A stretch of 64,000 nucleotides of DNA, from contig CATNEN010000041.1 of the NCBI GenBank assembly GCA_950097015.1, forward strand, positions 3,162,001 to 3,226,000, written 5' to 3'. Source of the DNA: Macrostomum hystrix. Lineage: Eukaryota > Animalia > Platyhelminthes. The notes under the pieces were generated by a model. That model had not been told where the DNA came from. It searched no databases and saw nothing but the letters and a program-made list of their open reading frames with translations. Positions within the stretch are counted from its first letter, which is position 1, and each line of letters opens with the position of its first letter. Made by a program: the position numbers and the translations under genes. This document shows, one piece after another, positions 35,663-45,682 of this stretch.

Positions 35663-35685
35663 AAAGGATCTAGAAACAGCGCAAG

Positions 35686-36705
35686 ATGAATCAAGCACAA
35701 GATGCAATCGCTATGTTGGCAGAAGAGTTGAGAAATCGACTCGAGATTGGACCTATGCGTCATGTAAAAATTCAAAAGTTCACACCTGGACAAGATATCA
35801 GAATTTGGCTTACCGCCTTTGATCAACGCTGTGAAGCAGAAGGTATTGAGGAAGACAATAGAAAGCAAGAATTGTTGGCCAATTTAGACCTAACCACAGC
35901 TTTTGCCGCAGTGCAAAGATTGAATCTTCCAGATGATTTGGAATATGAAGAATTTAAAGACAGATTAATTGAACGATTCGGAAGAATCGGCAGTTCCGCC
36001 GAATTCCGTGAAGAATTCAGAGGACGAATGCAGAGTAAGAATGAGTCAGTTGAAACTTTCTCTGATTGTCTGATTGAATTAGCTGCTAGAGCTTTTCCAA
36101 ACATGAATATGGAGCAGAAGGAAGAAGAGATCGTGGAACAGTTTATTAAAGGAGTAAGAATATCCGCTGAAACGCGAGAGAAATTGATCTTTGCTCAGCC
36201 TGCTAACCTACAGGAGGCCAGACGAATGTTAAGACGGATGGAAGCTGCATGGAATATGACTCATCGGAACATCGGCATGAGAATGGCCAAAGGCGAGGAA
36301 GAACTTGAACGACGACGAAGCGAGCAAGATCGACTGGAGGAAGTCATCAGACAGCAGCAAGCTCAGCTCGAATTGCAGAAGAAGACACTACAAGAACTGA
36401 TGGCCAACAAACAGCAACAACAGACTTATGCTCAGGCTGTAAACTCGTACCGGCCAAATAGTCAGCAACAACAGCAATACCAGCAGCGTCAGCCATATCA
36501 GCAGCCGCAATATCGGCAGCAGCAATTTCAGCGACCGACACAGCAGCAATACCCACAGCAACAGCAGCAGAGGCAGTGGCAGTCCCAGCAGCAGCAGGCG
36601 AGACCTCCACTAACTTGCTACAATTGCCGTAAGACAGGACACATCGCGAAACACTGCAGAGCTCCTCGGCAGAACCAGCCGCAGGCGCAGAATCAGGGAA
36701 ACTGA
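35686..36705 (+). CDS. gag: Gag with CCHC zinc knuckle
   Basis: 339-aa ORF just after the PBS; Gln-rich linker; CYNCRKTGHIAKHC. Confidence 0.93.
   Translation: MNQAQDAIAMLAEELRNRLEIGPMRHVKIQKFTPGQDIRIWLTAFDQRCEAEGIEEDNRKQELLANLDLTTAFAAVQRLNLPDDLEYEEFKDRLIERFGRIGSSAEFREEFRGRMQSKNESVETFSDCLIELAARAFPNMNMEQKEEEIVEQFIKGVRISAETREKLIFAQPANLQEARRMLRRMEAAWNMTHRNIGMRMAKGEEELERRRSEQDRLEEVIRQQQAQLELQKKTLQELMANKQQQQTYAQAVNSYRPNSQQQQQYQQRQPYQQPQYRQQQFQRPTQQQYPQQQQQRQWQSQQQQARPPLTCYNCRKTGHIAKHCRAPRQNQPQAQNQGN
36696..36702 (+). promoter_or_regulatory. -1 ribosomal frameshift slippery site G GGA AAC
   Basis: X XXY YYZ heptamer directly before the gag stop. The pol frame is -1 relative to gag and open from 36702 to the protease. 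Confidence 0.85.
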
Positions 36706-39700
36706 TTCGTGAGGGACGAGATGCGAGGCCACGCCCCTCTAAAAGTACAGCCAGCGAAACTCAGGCCTCAATTAAACTGGCAAGTAATAAGCAGAAACCT
36801 AATGTAAATGATAATGTAAACTCTGAGAAAGTACAAACTGAATCTAGTGCAGAAAAGAAAGGTCGTGAAGCAGTTGTGAAAGGCGAGATTCGGAATCAGA
36901 AAGTAACATTTTTGCTAGACACTGGTGCAGGACATAACTTCCTAGGAAAGAACTCTTGGAAGAAGATGGTTAAAGACAATGAAATTGAGCCAAGCAATCG
37001 AAGAGTGACCACGTTTGATGGAGCAACTGTAAAGATTGCAGGAGAAGTAACTGTTAAAGTAAAATTTGGAGAAGTTGAAATCGAGACCGAATTTCTCTTG
37101 TGCCATCACGACTGTGACGATATCCTAGGGATGGAATTTTTCCAAGATTATTGCAATAATATTAACTTTGCCACAGGCATGCTTGTACTAAGAAGTAATA
37201 TGTGCATTCCAATTCAATTTACTAAATTGCCAGTTCGTGTTTGTCGAGTATATTGCTCTGAAAAAGTAATTGTGCCAGCTAATAGTGCACTTAGAATTTC
37301 TGTTAAATTGCCGAAAAATGCCGAAGCCAATTATGGCACGCCAATGACTATTGAACCAATCAGAGGACAGATCAACACCAAGAAAGGTACTTTGGATGTA
37401 ATACCGACTCTAGTAACCATGAGTAATGGAATAGGAGTCATTGAAGTTATTAATAAGCAGAGTGACGACATACCGCTATCGAGATCTACGATTATCGGAT
37501 TTGCCAAGCCATTGCAAGCTAAAGACTTAACTTACTATGCCGAGCAAGATCAAGCAGAAAAAGTCAAACCCAATGGACATGTGAAGACTGCGAGATGCGA
37601 GCAATTAAGCCAAGAAGATTGGATCACTGAGATCAATCTAGGAGAAAATCTGACTAATAGACAGAAAGACCAAGTTATCGAGCTGGTAAAAGAACACAGA
37701 GAAGCATTCTCTCAGACCAGTCAAGAAATGGGTCTGACCCACTTGGTGACCCACGAAATCTCATTGAAAGACACCACACCGGTTCGGATTCCTACCAGAC
37801 GGATTCCACCGCATTTGCAAAAACAAGTGGATGACCAATTAGACGACATGCTCGCTAAGAACTTGATAAGACCAAGCTATAGTACTTATTCAACACCATT
37901 GGTCATCGTACCTAAGAAGGATGGAACTATCAGAATTGTCAGTGATTTTCGAGTTCTAAACTCAAGAGTGGATTACTATCCATATCCTCTACCGAACATC
38001 CAGGAGACATTTTCACATTTAACCGGAAGCCAGTACTTCAGCAGCCTTGACCTTAATTCGGGTTATTGGCAAGTTCCTATAAAGGAGGAACACAAGTACA
38101 TGACAGCATTTTCTACGTTAACGAGAGGCCAATTTGAATATCAAGTCATGGCGCAAGGACTGTCTAATGCGCCCGGTACTTTTCAAAGACTGATGAACTT
38201 AGTTTTAACTGGCATTCAGCACAAGTTTGCCATGTCTTACATTGATGACATAGTGACTTACTCTAAGACTTTTGAAGAACATCTCAGTCATCTAAAGGAA
38301 GTATTTCAAAGATTGATAACAGCTGGATTGAAACTAAGACCTAAAAAGTGCAACTTGTTTCAGCAAGAATTAAAGTACTTAGGACATGTAGTCGGAGTCG
38401 ATGGAATAAGAACAGACCCGGCGAAGATCGAGGCTATTAAAACATGGCCAGTGCCTAAAGATGTTAAAGAATTAAGAAGCTTCCTTGGATTGTGCAATTA
38501 CTATTGCCGATTTGTTAAGAATTATGCTGATGCCGCACACCCATTATTTCAATTAACTAAGAAGGGAGTGCAGAATTTCAAGGAAAAATGGACTAAAGTA
38601 CATACTGAGTCATTTGAACTATTAAAACAAAAGCTAATGTCCACTGAAGTGCTTGCCTATCCAGAGTTTTCTGAGAATGAAAAAGTACGAATGGTCCTAG
38701 ATGTCGATGCTAGCGACAATAGAATCGGCGCCTGTCTTGGACAGATACAGTCCGACGGCACTGAAAGGCCGATTGCGTACTTTAGCCGAGCTATGAAAGA
38801 TTCTGAAAAGAGATATCCGATCACCAGAAAAGAGTTGTTAGCATTGGTTGATGGGATGAAGCACTTTCGATTTTATCTCATTGGCAAACGATTCTTAGCC
38901 CGCACTGATCACAAGGCGATCCTATGGCTTCTACGCCAGACTGAAGCGCAAGGAATTCTTGGTCGGTGGATCGAGCGGCTAAGCGAGTTCCAGTATGACA
39001 TCGAGCATCGTTCGGGCAGCAAGCACAGCAACGCTGACAGTCTATCCCGACGACCTGCTGAGACTGACAATACAAAGCCAACACAAATTGACCGAAAAAT
39101 GGACTCTGAATTAGAATTGAAAGGAAGTGAACCGAAGGTGAGCTTACCAGACAGCCAGGTAGGACTGATTCAGCCACCTGAAGAAATCGAGGAAACCGAC
39201 ACCGATGTCCGCGATGATCGTGTAATTGAGAAGGAGATGCCAGCAAAACAGTTGACTAGCAGAAGCTCACTGAAGCATCAAAGCTGTCAGACTGATCTGG
39301 AGATTCTCAAAGAGCAGAAAGTACAGGAAGATGACAAAGATGATGAAGATGATGATGATGTATTCGAAGATGCGAGAGATTACGTTGAAGATGAAGAAGT
39401 TGAAGAAGAGAGATGTCGGAAACTTCTTACTGATTATCTCGAGGTTCCACTCAAGAAGGAGCAGTTGGTGCAAGCCCAGCAAGAAGACTCCTCAGTGAGA
39501 ACACTGATAAATTGGAAGAAGAGTGCAGTAGAGAAACCGACAGGAGACAAATTGTCAGAAGAATTGAAGAAAATGTTAAAGTACTACGAACAGATGAAGT
39601 TCGAAGATGAGTTGTTGACGATTCAAGAAGAAGGAATCAGAAAAATTGTGTTGCCAAAGAGCATTGAAAAAGCAGTGTTTAGAGAACTGCATGACAGCCC

Positions 39701-41255
39701 ATTGGCAGGTCACCTAGGCCGTGATAAAACCACGCAGAGAGTGCGTGAACGGTTTTGGAGACCCGGACTAGTCACTGCAATTGAGAAGTACGTTTCAGAG
39801 TGTATAACGTGTTTAGAGAGTAAAGCGGGACAGCGTATCCCAGCACCTGTGCAGAATTTTCCGATTTGTGAGCCGTTTGAGCGCCTCCATATAGATTTTA
39901 TTGGACCTGTGTCCAAGGACAGCAGAAGAGGGCACAAGTATGTACTGACAATAGTCGATAGTACAACTAGATTCCCATTCGCTTTTCCGACCAGGAACCA
40001 GAAATCAGATACTGTAATCAAGATATTACAAGAAAGAGTATTCGCAGAATACGGACAATGCAAATGGATCCATACTGATAATGGAAAGTCATTTACTAGC
40101 CGACAATTTCAAGCATTTTGTGAGCTGTATGGGATCAAGCACACGTGCACCACACCCTACCATGCTCAAAGTAACGGCTTAGTTGAACGATTTAATGGAC
40201 AAGTCAAATCGATAGTTACATGTCTGATTAACAAGGATCACTCTGATTGGGATCTCATGATTCCAGCCGCGCTCGTAGCAGTGCGAACGAGTATTAATCA
40301 ATCTACCGGATTTTCGCCTCATTATCTATTATTTGGGCGTGAAGCAACTTTGCCCATAGACAATATAGTCAAAAGACCGCACGAATTCGCTAACTATCCT
40401 AGTTATGTAAAAGACCATGCCGAAAGATTGGAGAAAGCTAGTAAAATTGTCAAACAGAAGCTAGAGAAGATTAATGAACAAAGAAAAGAAAAGGCCGAAG
40501 TTGCCAAGAAGCCAAAAGAAATTATTATTGGAGGAATTGTATTGTTAAATAATCCGCAGTTACATCAAGATGAGAGTCATAAATTTCACAGGAAAAAGCG
40601 AGCCGCGTACCGAGTACTTGCTCAGTTATCCGACACAGTTTATCGTGTTCAGAGAGAAATCGAAGGAGAAAGAGTAGGAGAGAAATTAATTGTGCATAGA
40701 AACAACATCACACCAGTGCCAAACACACAAATCACATTACAATCCGCAGAACAAACAAGGAAGGGAGATCACAAAATTAGTCACACCACACGGTCAAAAG
40801 TTAAGGGAGGTCAGGCCACCTCAAATAAAAATAAACAAAATGTAATTGTCATTAATGAAGAAGAAGACGAATCCGAAGAAGAAGACAGAATAAGATGGAG
40901 AGCTAATATGCCAAATGAAGAATCCGAAGACGAAAACTATGCAGAACAGGAAGCAATCCCTGACAATGAAAACGAAAGGCAAGAAGAAGCGAATGAGTCA
41001 GAACAAGAAGAAACAGACAGCGAAATGGACAAGACTGAAGAAATGAACATGAGTGACTCAGAGATTGAACATGAAGAAGAAAGAAATGTACATACAGAAG
41101 GAGCCCATGGCTATAATCTCAGACCACGAAATGACAGGACTGAACAATTGAACAGGGGAGAGCCTACCCCAGGAAGAGGAGTGTTACGTAACACCCAGCC
41201 AGTCACTCACGGCTTCGTGCCTCGGGAACGATACAGAAGATATCTACCCCAGTGA
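36702..41255 (+). CDS. pol: Pol polyprotein (protease, RT, RNase H, integrase)
   Basis: LLDTGA protease; YIDD RT; LDVDASD..RPIAYFSR RNase H; HDSPLAGH..C..C zinc domain and RLHIDFIG/TDNG/NGLVERFN DDE integrase. No stops or frameshifts. Confidence 0.96.
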   Translation: MIREGRDARPRPSKSTASETQASIKLASNKQKPNVNDNVNSEKVQTESSAEKKGREAVVKGEIRNQKVTFLLDTGAGHNFLGKNSWKKMVKDNEIEPSNRRVTTFDGATVKIAGEVTVKVKFGEVEIETEFLLCHHDCDDILGMEFFQDYCNNINFATGMLVLRSNMCIPIQFTKLPVRVCRVYCSEKVIVPANSALRISVKLPKNAEANYGTPMTIEPIRGQINTKKGTLDVIPTLVTMSNGIGVIEVINKQSDDIPLSRSTIIGFAKPLQAKDLTYYAEQDQAEKVKPNGHVKTARCEQLSQEDWITEINLGENLTNRQKDQVIELVKEHREAFSQTSQEMGLTHLVTHEISLKDTTPVRIPTRRIPPHLQKQVDDQLDDMLAKNLIRPSYSTYSTPLVIVPKKDGTIRIVSDFRVLNSRVDYYPYPLPNIQETFSHLTGSQYFSSLDLNSGYWQVPIKEEHKYMTAFSTLTRGQFEYQVMAQGLSNAPGTFQRLMNLVLTGIQHKFAMSYIDDIVTYSKTFEEHLSHLKEVFQRLITAGLKLRPKKCNLFQQELKYLGHVVGVDGIRTDPAKIEAIKTWPVPKDVKELRSFLGLCNYYCRFVKNYADAAHPLFQLTKKGVQNFKEKWTKVHTESFELLKQKLMSTEVLAYPEFSENEKVRMVLDVDASDNRIGACLGQIQSDGTERPIAYFSRAMKDSEKRYPITRKELLALVDGMKHFRFYLIGKRFLARTDHKAILWLLRQTEAQGILGRWIERLSEFQYDIEHRSGSKHSNADSLSRRPAETDNTKPTQIDRKMDSELELKGSEPKVSLPDSQVGLIQPPEEIEETDTDVRDDRVIEKEMPAKQLTSRSSLKHQSCQTDLEILKEQKVQEDDKDDEDDDDVFEDARDYVEDEEVEEERCRKLLTDYLEVPLKKEQLVQAQQEDSSVRTLINWKKSAVEKPTGDKLSEELKKMLKYYEQMKFEDELLTIQEEGIRKIVLPKSIEKAVFRELHDSPLAGHLGRDKTTQRVRERFWRPGLVTAIEKYVSECITCLESKAGQRIPAPVQNFPICEPFERLHIDFIGPVSKDSRRGHKYVLTIVDSTTRFPFAFPTRNQKSDTVIKILQERVFAEYGQCKWIHTDNGKSFTSRQFQAFCELYGIKHTCTTPYHAQSNGLVERFNGQVKSIVTCLINKDHSDWDLMIPAALVAVRTSINQSTGFSPHYLLFGREATLPIDNIVKRPHEFANYPSYVKDHAERLEKASKIVKQKLEKINEQRKEKAEVAKKPKEIIIGGIVLLNNPQLHQDESHKFHRKKRAAYRVLAQLSDTVYRVQREIEGERVGEKLIVHRNNITPVPNTQITLQSAEQTRKGDHKISHTTRSKVKGGQATSNKNKQNVIVINEEEDESEEEDRIRWRANMPNEESEDENYAEQEAIPDNENERQEEANESEQEETDSEMDKTEEMNMSDSEIEHEEERNVHTEGAHGYNLRPRNDRTEQLNRGEPTPGRGVLRNTQPVTHGFVPRERYRRYLPQ

Positions 41256-41663
41256 TTTCGAGAACAATAGAGAACAATGGGAGCTCAGTTGACACAGATT
41301 TGCGTTAAAGTCAATGTTAATTGATTAAGATTTAAAATGAGATAAACTGAAAAATCAAATAAAAAGTAATCTGAAAAAGATATTGGAAAAGTAAAAACAT
41401 CAATGTATTCGGGAGAATGAGATCTGTAAAAAGAATCCAAACATGAAAGTATAACTGTAAATGATAAAGTCGGAAATTGAAATTAAATGAGTGTGATATA
41501 TGACATGGCAGAGTAAGGCTGTCAAAAGTGGCCCTCAGATCCCTAGGGAGCCCGGACACATTGATGCGGTCCAGTTTTCGCTCTATATAATAAGACCACC
41601 TAAAGGCCCGCCAGAGAAGAATCTTAAGACAGTGCCAAAGTGTGAAAATTGCAAACCCAAAGA

Positions 41664-42467
41664 ATGGATAACAACCTAGACGACTTCCTACAAGAATTGT
41701 TGGACGGCGGAGATTTTGCTCAAGAAAATATGGAGACGGCGCAAGAAAATATGGAGACGGCGGCACCAGAGCGAGTAGCGACGCGCCCCAAGCTGCCAGT
41801 CGCTACTGCAATGGCCACGAAAAGACCGCGCACACCATCACCGGTAGCGGTTAAGCAGGCGAAAACGGCACAGCCAGCAGGGATGACAAGCAGCGGCCGC
41901 CTCAAATCGGTAATTTGTTTGAGCACGGCAGGACCTGTTCGGACAGCGACCGAGGCATCCCACAGGCGATATTCGGCTGGGCCGGCACTGCAGCAATTGC
42001 GGCCCGCACCGCTGGAAGCCAACGCTAGAAGGGAGCCGCAGCCGACGCAGGCCAAACCGCAGCCGACACAGGCCAAGCCGCAGCCGACACGGGCCAAGCC
42101 GCAGCCGATGCCTGTCGTGCCGCAGTCTACGCCGCCTGTGCCGCAGAAACAACCGACGCCAGCAGAAGAAGAAAGGGAGAAGATGGTTCACGACCTGACA
42201 GAATACATGGAGAAGGTGGCATTCCACACATACGAACTGTCATACCCGCAACGAACTCAGATATGGAAAAGTATGCTGGTACTGAAGAGTCTGCCGCAGC
42301 ATCAGGCCGTTACCGCACTTCAAGCCGTCGCCCACAATGTACATCAGAGCGCAGCAACCGGCGAGGCGACTCTACATCGGAAAGTGACTAACATGGAATT
42401 TAGATGGGCCTTCCGTCAAATCGGCTGGCCTTATTATCGAGTGTTACCCGCCCCATGCGCATTTTAA
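41664..42467 (+). CDS. Extra ORF3 of the gypsy element, 267 aa, unknown function (not env-like)
   Basis: Uninterrupted GC-rich ORF between pol and the PPT, ATG at 41664. Acidic N-terminus, Pro/Gln/Ala-rich middle, predicted helical C-terminal domain. TATATAA at ~41584 upstream. Confidence 0.6.
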   Translation: MDNNLDDFLQELLDGGDFAQENMETAQENMETAAPERVATRPKLPVATAMATKRPRTPSPVAVKQAKTAQPAGMTSSGRLKSVICLSTAGPVRTATEASHRRYSAGPALQQLRPAPLEANARREPQPTQAKPQPTQAKPQPTRAKPQPMPVVPQSTPPVPQKQPTPAEEEREKMVHDLTEYMEKVAFHTYELSYPQRTQIWKSMLVLKSLPQHQAVTALQAVAHNVHQSAATGEATLHRKVTNMEFRWAFRQIGWPYYRVLPAPCAF

Positions 42468-42634
42468 AGTGAAGGACATTTATGGACTTAATTTCTTTTT
42501 GGTGAAGGTTTATGTTGTTGTGTTAGTACCATATTTTTGTAATTTTGTATATTTTGTGCCTATATGTTCACCTATAGTTCTGTTTTTGTATATAGTCATA
42601 TTTTCACTTACAGTATGTGCATTCAATTCTGACT

Positions 42635-42644
42635 AGTAGGGAGG
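42635..42644 (+). other. Polypurine tract
   Basis: AGTAGGGAGG ends 5 nt before the 3' LTR. Confidence 0.6.
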
Positions 42645-42649
42645 TCAGT

Positions 42650-43453
42650 TGAGATAGGGCACCGACTGTATATTTCTTAGAAACGTTTTCCCGCGAAAAT
42701 CTAGTATTTTGTTTGAAATTCAACTTTTGTTTAAATGCACTAATTTGTTTTAAAAGCACCTTTTGTTTAAATGCACCGAATAATTATTGTTTGAATGAAG
42801 TCGCGGAATGGTAGGAGAATTTACTATAAATACACGAGAGAAAACAGGGAGACAGACAACGTGTTAACGTGTTGTATACACATACGTTCTGATAAAGAAA
42901 GCTTGAATCATTAAAGTGTTCGTGTTAAAGAGTTATTTGAAGAGACATTGCGAAAGAGAGTAATAAGAGTTAAAGATAGCTGTAACTCTAGATCCACTGG
43001 AAAGCCCTATGAAACGGACTGAAGATTGAAATTGAAGACTGAGCTGAAGACTAAAATTGATGGTTAAACTGAATGATAATTGAAAGACTGATAAAGACGG
43101 ATAAAGACTGATAAAGACGGATAAAGACTGATAAAGACGGATAAAGACTGATAAAGACGGATAAAGATTGATACAAAGTACTTATAGAAATAACACAGTA
43201 AAGTTATAAGCAGAAGGAAATATAGAGGAAAGATACCGGCCATACTGAAAGTATAACGCTACCAGATTGAATACATAACGCTACCAATTTAAATTGAGAT
43301 AAAGCGAATAATTAAAAGACATTCATAAGATTGACAAAAGTATAAAAGGCCTGTAACAACTTTGGTGACAGCAGTAGAAATTAATTTAGACCTACGACAA
43401 CTTTGGTGGCATTATTAAAGAGTAATATTGAATTTAGTAAGAGCCCTAGGACA
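42650..43453 (+). repeat. 3' LTR (804 bp)
   Basis: Same sequence as the 5' LTR, offset 7808 nt; followed by the TSD GTCA. Confidence 0.95.
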
Positions 43454-44400
43454 GTCAGCAGCTTCAATTTAAATGACAATATCCTGATAGTCTTGTTTGG
43501 CATATTGGCAAGTATATTATGATTGTTTTCCCTTTTGTTTATAATTTAGCAATACTTTTATTGATATCAATGAAAGGGTTACCAAAGTTTTTGTTACCAA
43601 ACTGTCTTTTGCTTGTTACCAAAATGTCTGTTACCAAAGTGTATGTTACTGAAAGAACATAATTCAGTGAAAGTGGGGGGAATGTCTTTTTTGTTCAAAC
43701 TGATATTAGCCCAATTTTATTCAATGAATAGACTAGGGCATGACTAGGACATGAATGCATTAAGCTATTCATTTGAACAGTCAACCAGTTTTATGAAAAA
43801 ATATTAACTTTTTGATTAAATGTCTTGAGAGCAAAGTGATCCACTCTACCAAAGCCAGTCCTAAGCCTAGCTGCAAAAGTATAAAGGTTCAAATAAACCT
43901 GCCAAACTTTCCCTTGAAAAGCTGGCCCCATGCTGAGAGATCATTTTTGCATCCTTGGTTGTTTTTATCTGTTTATACAGAATCTCTAATGGAAATTTGA
44001 ATTCTCAGCTAGGGTTAGGCAAAAGTTTCAGTAACACTGCAAACTAGGCTAGAAAAGTATTAATCGATTTCAAGTTGTCTAATTTCTAAATACTCTGTTG
44101 AAGTGTACCGATTTTTAGACCATTACAACTGTGAAATGACTGTCACAATAATGTTTTGCACCAAAAAACTACAATGCTACTATTGCTTTTGTCGCGCTAT
44201 GTGGAACAGTGGACATGCAAAATGGAACGGCCCATGAATTCTATGACCAAGCATTTGAATTCACATGAGAAAGTAAGCCATAGACAACTCAAATTGTCAT
44301 GCTATATGGAACGATGAGCCAGAATAGAAGGAACGATTTTAGTTTTTCACAGAGACAACAACACGCTTTCATTTTCTTTCGTTTGATCAGTTAAGCAATA

Positions 44401-45300
44401 ATGGCACCCCAAATTTCTGTACGTGATCGACAGCGCATCGTCGCCGCCTTGCAAGGTGGACTGTCGATGAAGGACGTCTTGTTAGGAGTATCCAAAACTT
44501 CTGTTTACCGTATTCGGTCAACATTCGAACAAGCTGGCAGGTTGGAAGCTTCGCCTTGTGGAGGACGCAAGGAAGCAAGCTGCAAAATGGACGCAGAGAT
44601 GCGAGATTTTTTAAAACATGAGGTGCAGCAAAATCCCTTTCTAAAGCTAAAGTCAATGGCTGAGAAGCTTATCGGACGCTTTCCTGACAAGCCGCAGGTG
44701 AGCCTTAAAACAATAGATCGAACAATGGATGGTTTGCTCTTTACGGTTAAACTTGCTACCAAGGGGACGGATATTCGCCTAAACACCAACCGAGTCGAAA
44801 GCCTGGACGCCAGAAGCGAATACGATAACTTCATACTCCACTTGGCTCCAGGAGTTCACACTGTCTACTTAGATGAGACCGGTTTTAACTTGTGGACCCG
44901 GAGGTCGCAGGACAGGTCGGACACCCAGTGGAGCGCACGGTGACAACCCTAAGGGGTCCTAACGTTACGGTTTGCATGGCAATTTCGTCGGAGTTCGGGT
45001 TGGTGCATTCTGTCATCCAGAGAGGTGGCCAAACGCAGCAAAAGTTTCAATAATTTTTAGACCACCTAGCAGACCACTGCCATCAACTGGACCCTAACGG
45101 AAACTGGATAGTTTTTATGGATGGCCCAAATTTTCATCGTAATGTGGAGATCCGAGAGAAGCATCGGGACAGAATTACGACACGAATCCTACCCCGTATT
45201 CACAATTTCTAAACCCGACCGAATTTACTAAATTACTAACTCTGCGTTGAAGTCAAATCTCAAAAACCGTTTGGCGGAAGCCGGCATAGTTGAGGATGAG
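44401..45300 (+). pseudogene. IS630/Tc1-family transposase pseudogene
   Basis: N-terminal HTH (GVSKTSVYRI) and first catalytic Asp in VYLDETGF. After a stop/frameshift come NVTVCMAISSEFG and IVFMDGPNFH. The 3' end coordinate is approximate. Confidence 0.85.
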
Positions 45301-45682
45301 CAAGTTCCACCAGAAGTAGTGTTACATTGAGCAGTGGAGATTCATGCTACTTGAACGAGAGGCGACTGAAGCTGTTGGTCAAGCAATCACTGCTGACAAG
45401 TGCGCTGGCTGGGAGCTGCGCTGCAATCGATTGTTTCGATTGTGTTTGCAGCGACATCTGTTTTAGGGGTTCAAATTTTGTAACTGATGCTTCAATTTCA
45501 GACTTATAATAAGATTCACTTGAATGCAATTCTGCTTCTGCTTGCTTTTATTCTTTCTGTAAATAAAAGCTAAAATCGTTCCTTCTATTCGGGCTCATCG
45601 TTCCACATAGCATGAAAATTGGAGTTGTCTATGGCTTACTTTCTCGTGTGAATTCAAACGCTCGGCCATAGAATTCAATGGG

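Larger units (their letters stand above)
34842..43453 (+). mobile_element. Full-length Ty3/gypsy LTR retrotransposon (8612 bp)
   Basis: Two 804-bp TG...CA LTRs, 4-bp TSD GTCA (34838-41 and 43454-57), PBS, PPT, gag and pol in PR-RT-RH-IN order, and an extra ORF3. Confidence 0.97.

Noticed and set aside
41332-41766. Hydrophobic antisense ORF in the gypsy 3' region
   Set aside because: Non-ATG start and Phe/Leu/Ile richness expected from the complement of A-rich DNA.
41664-42467. env gene call for ORF3
   Set aside because: No signal peptide, furin site or transmembrane helix, and too short.
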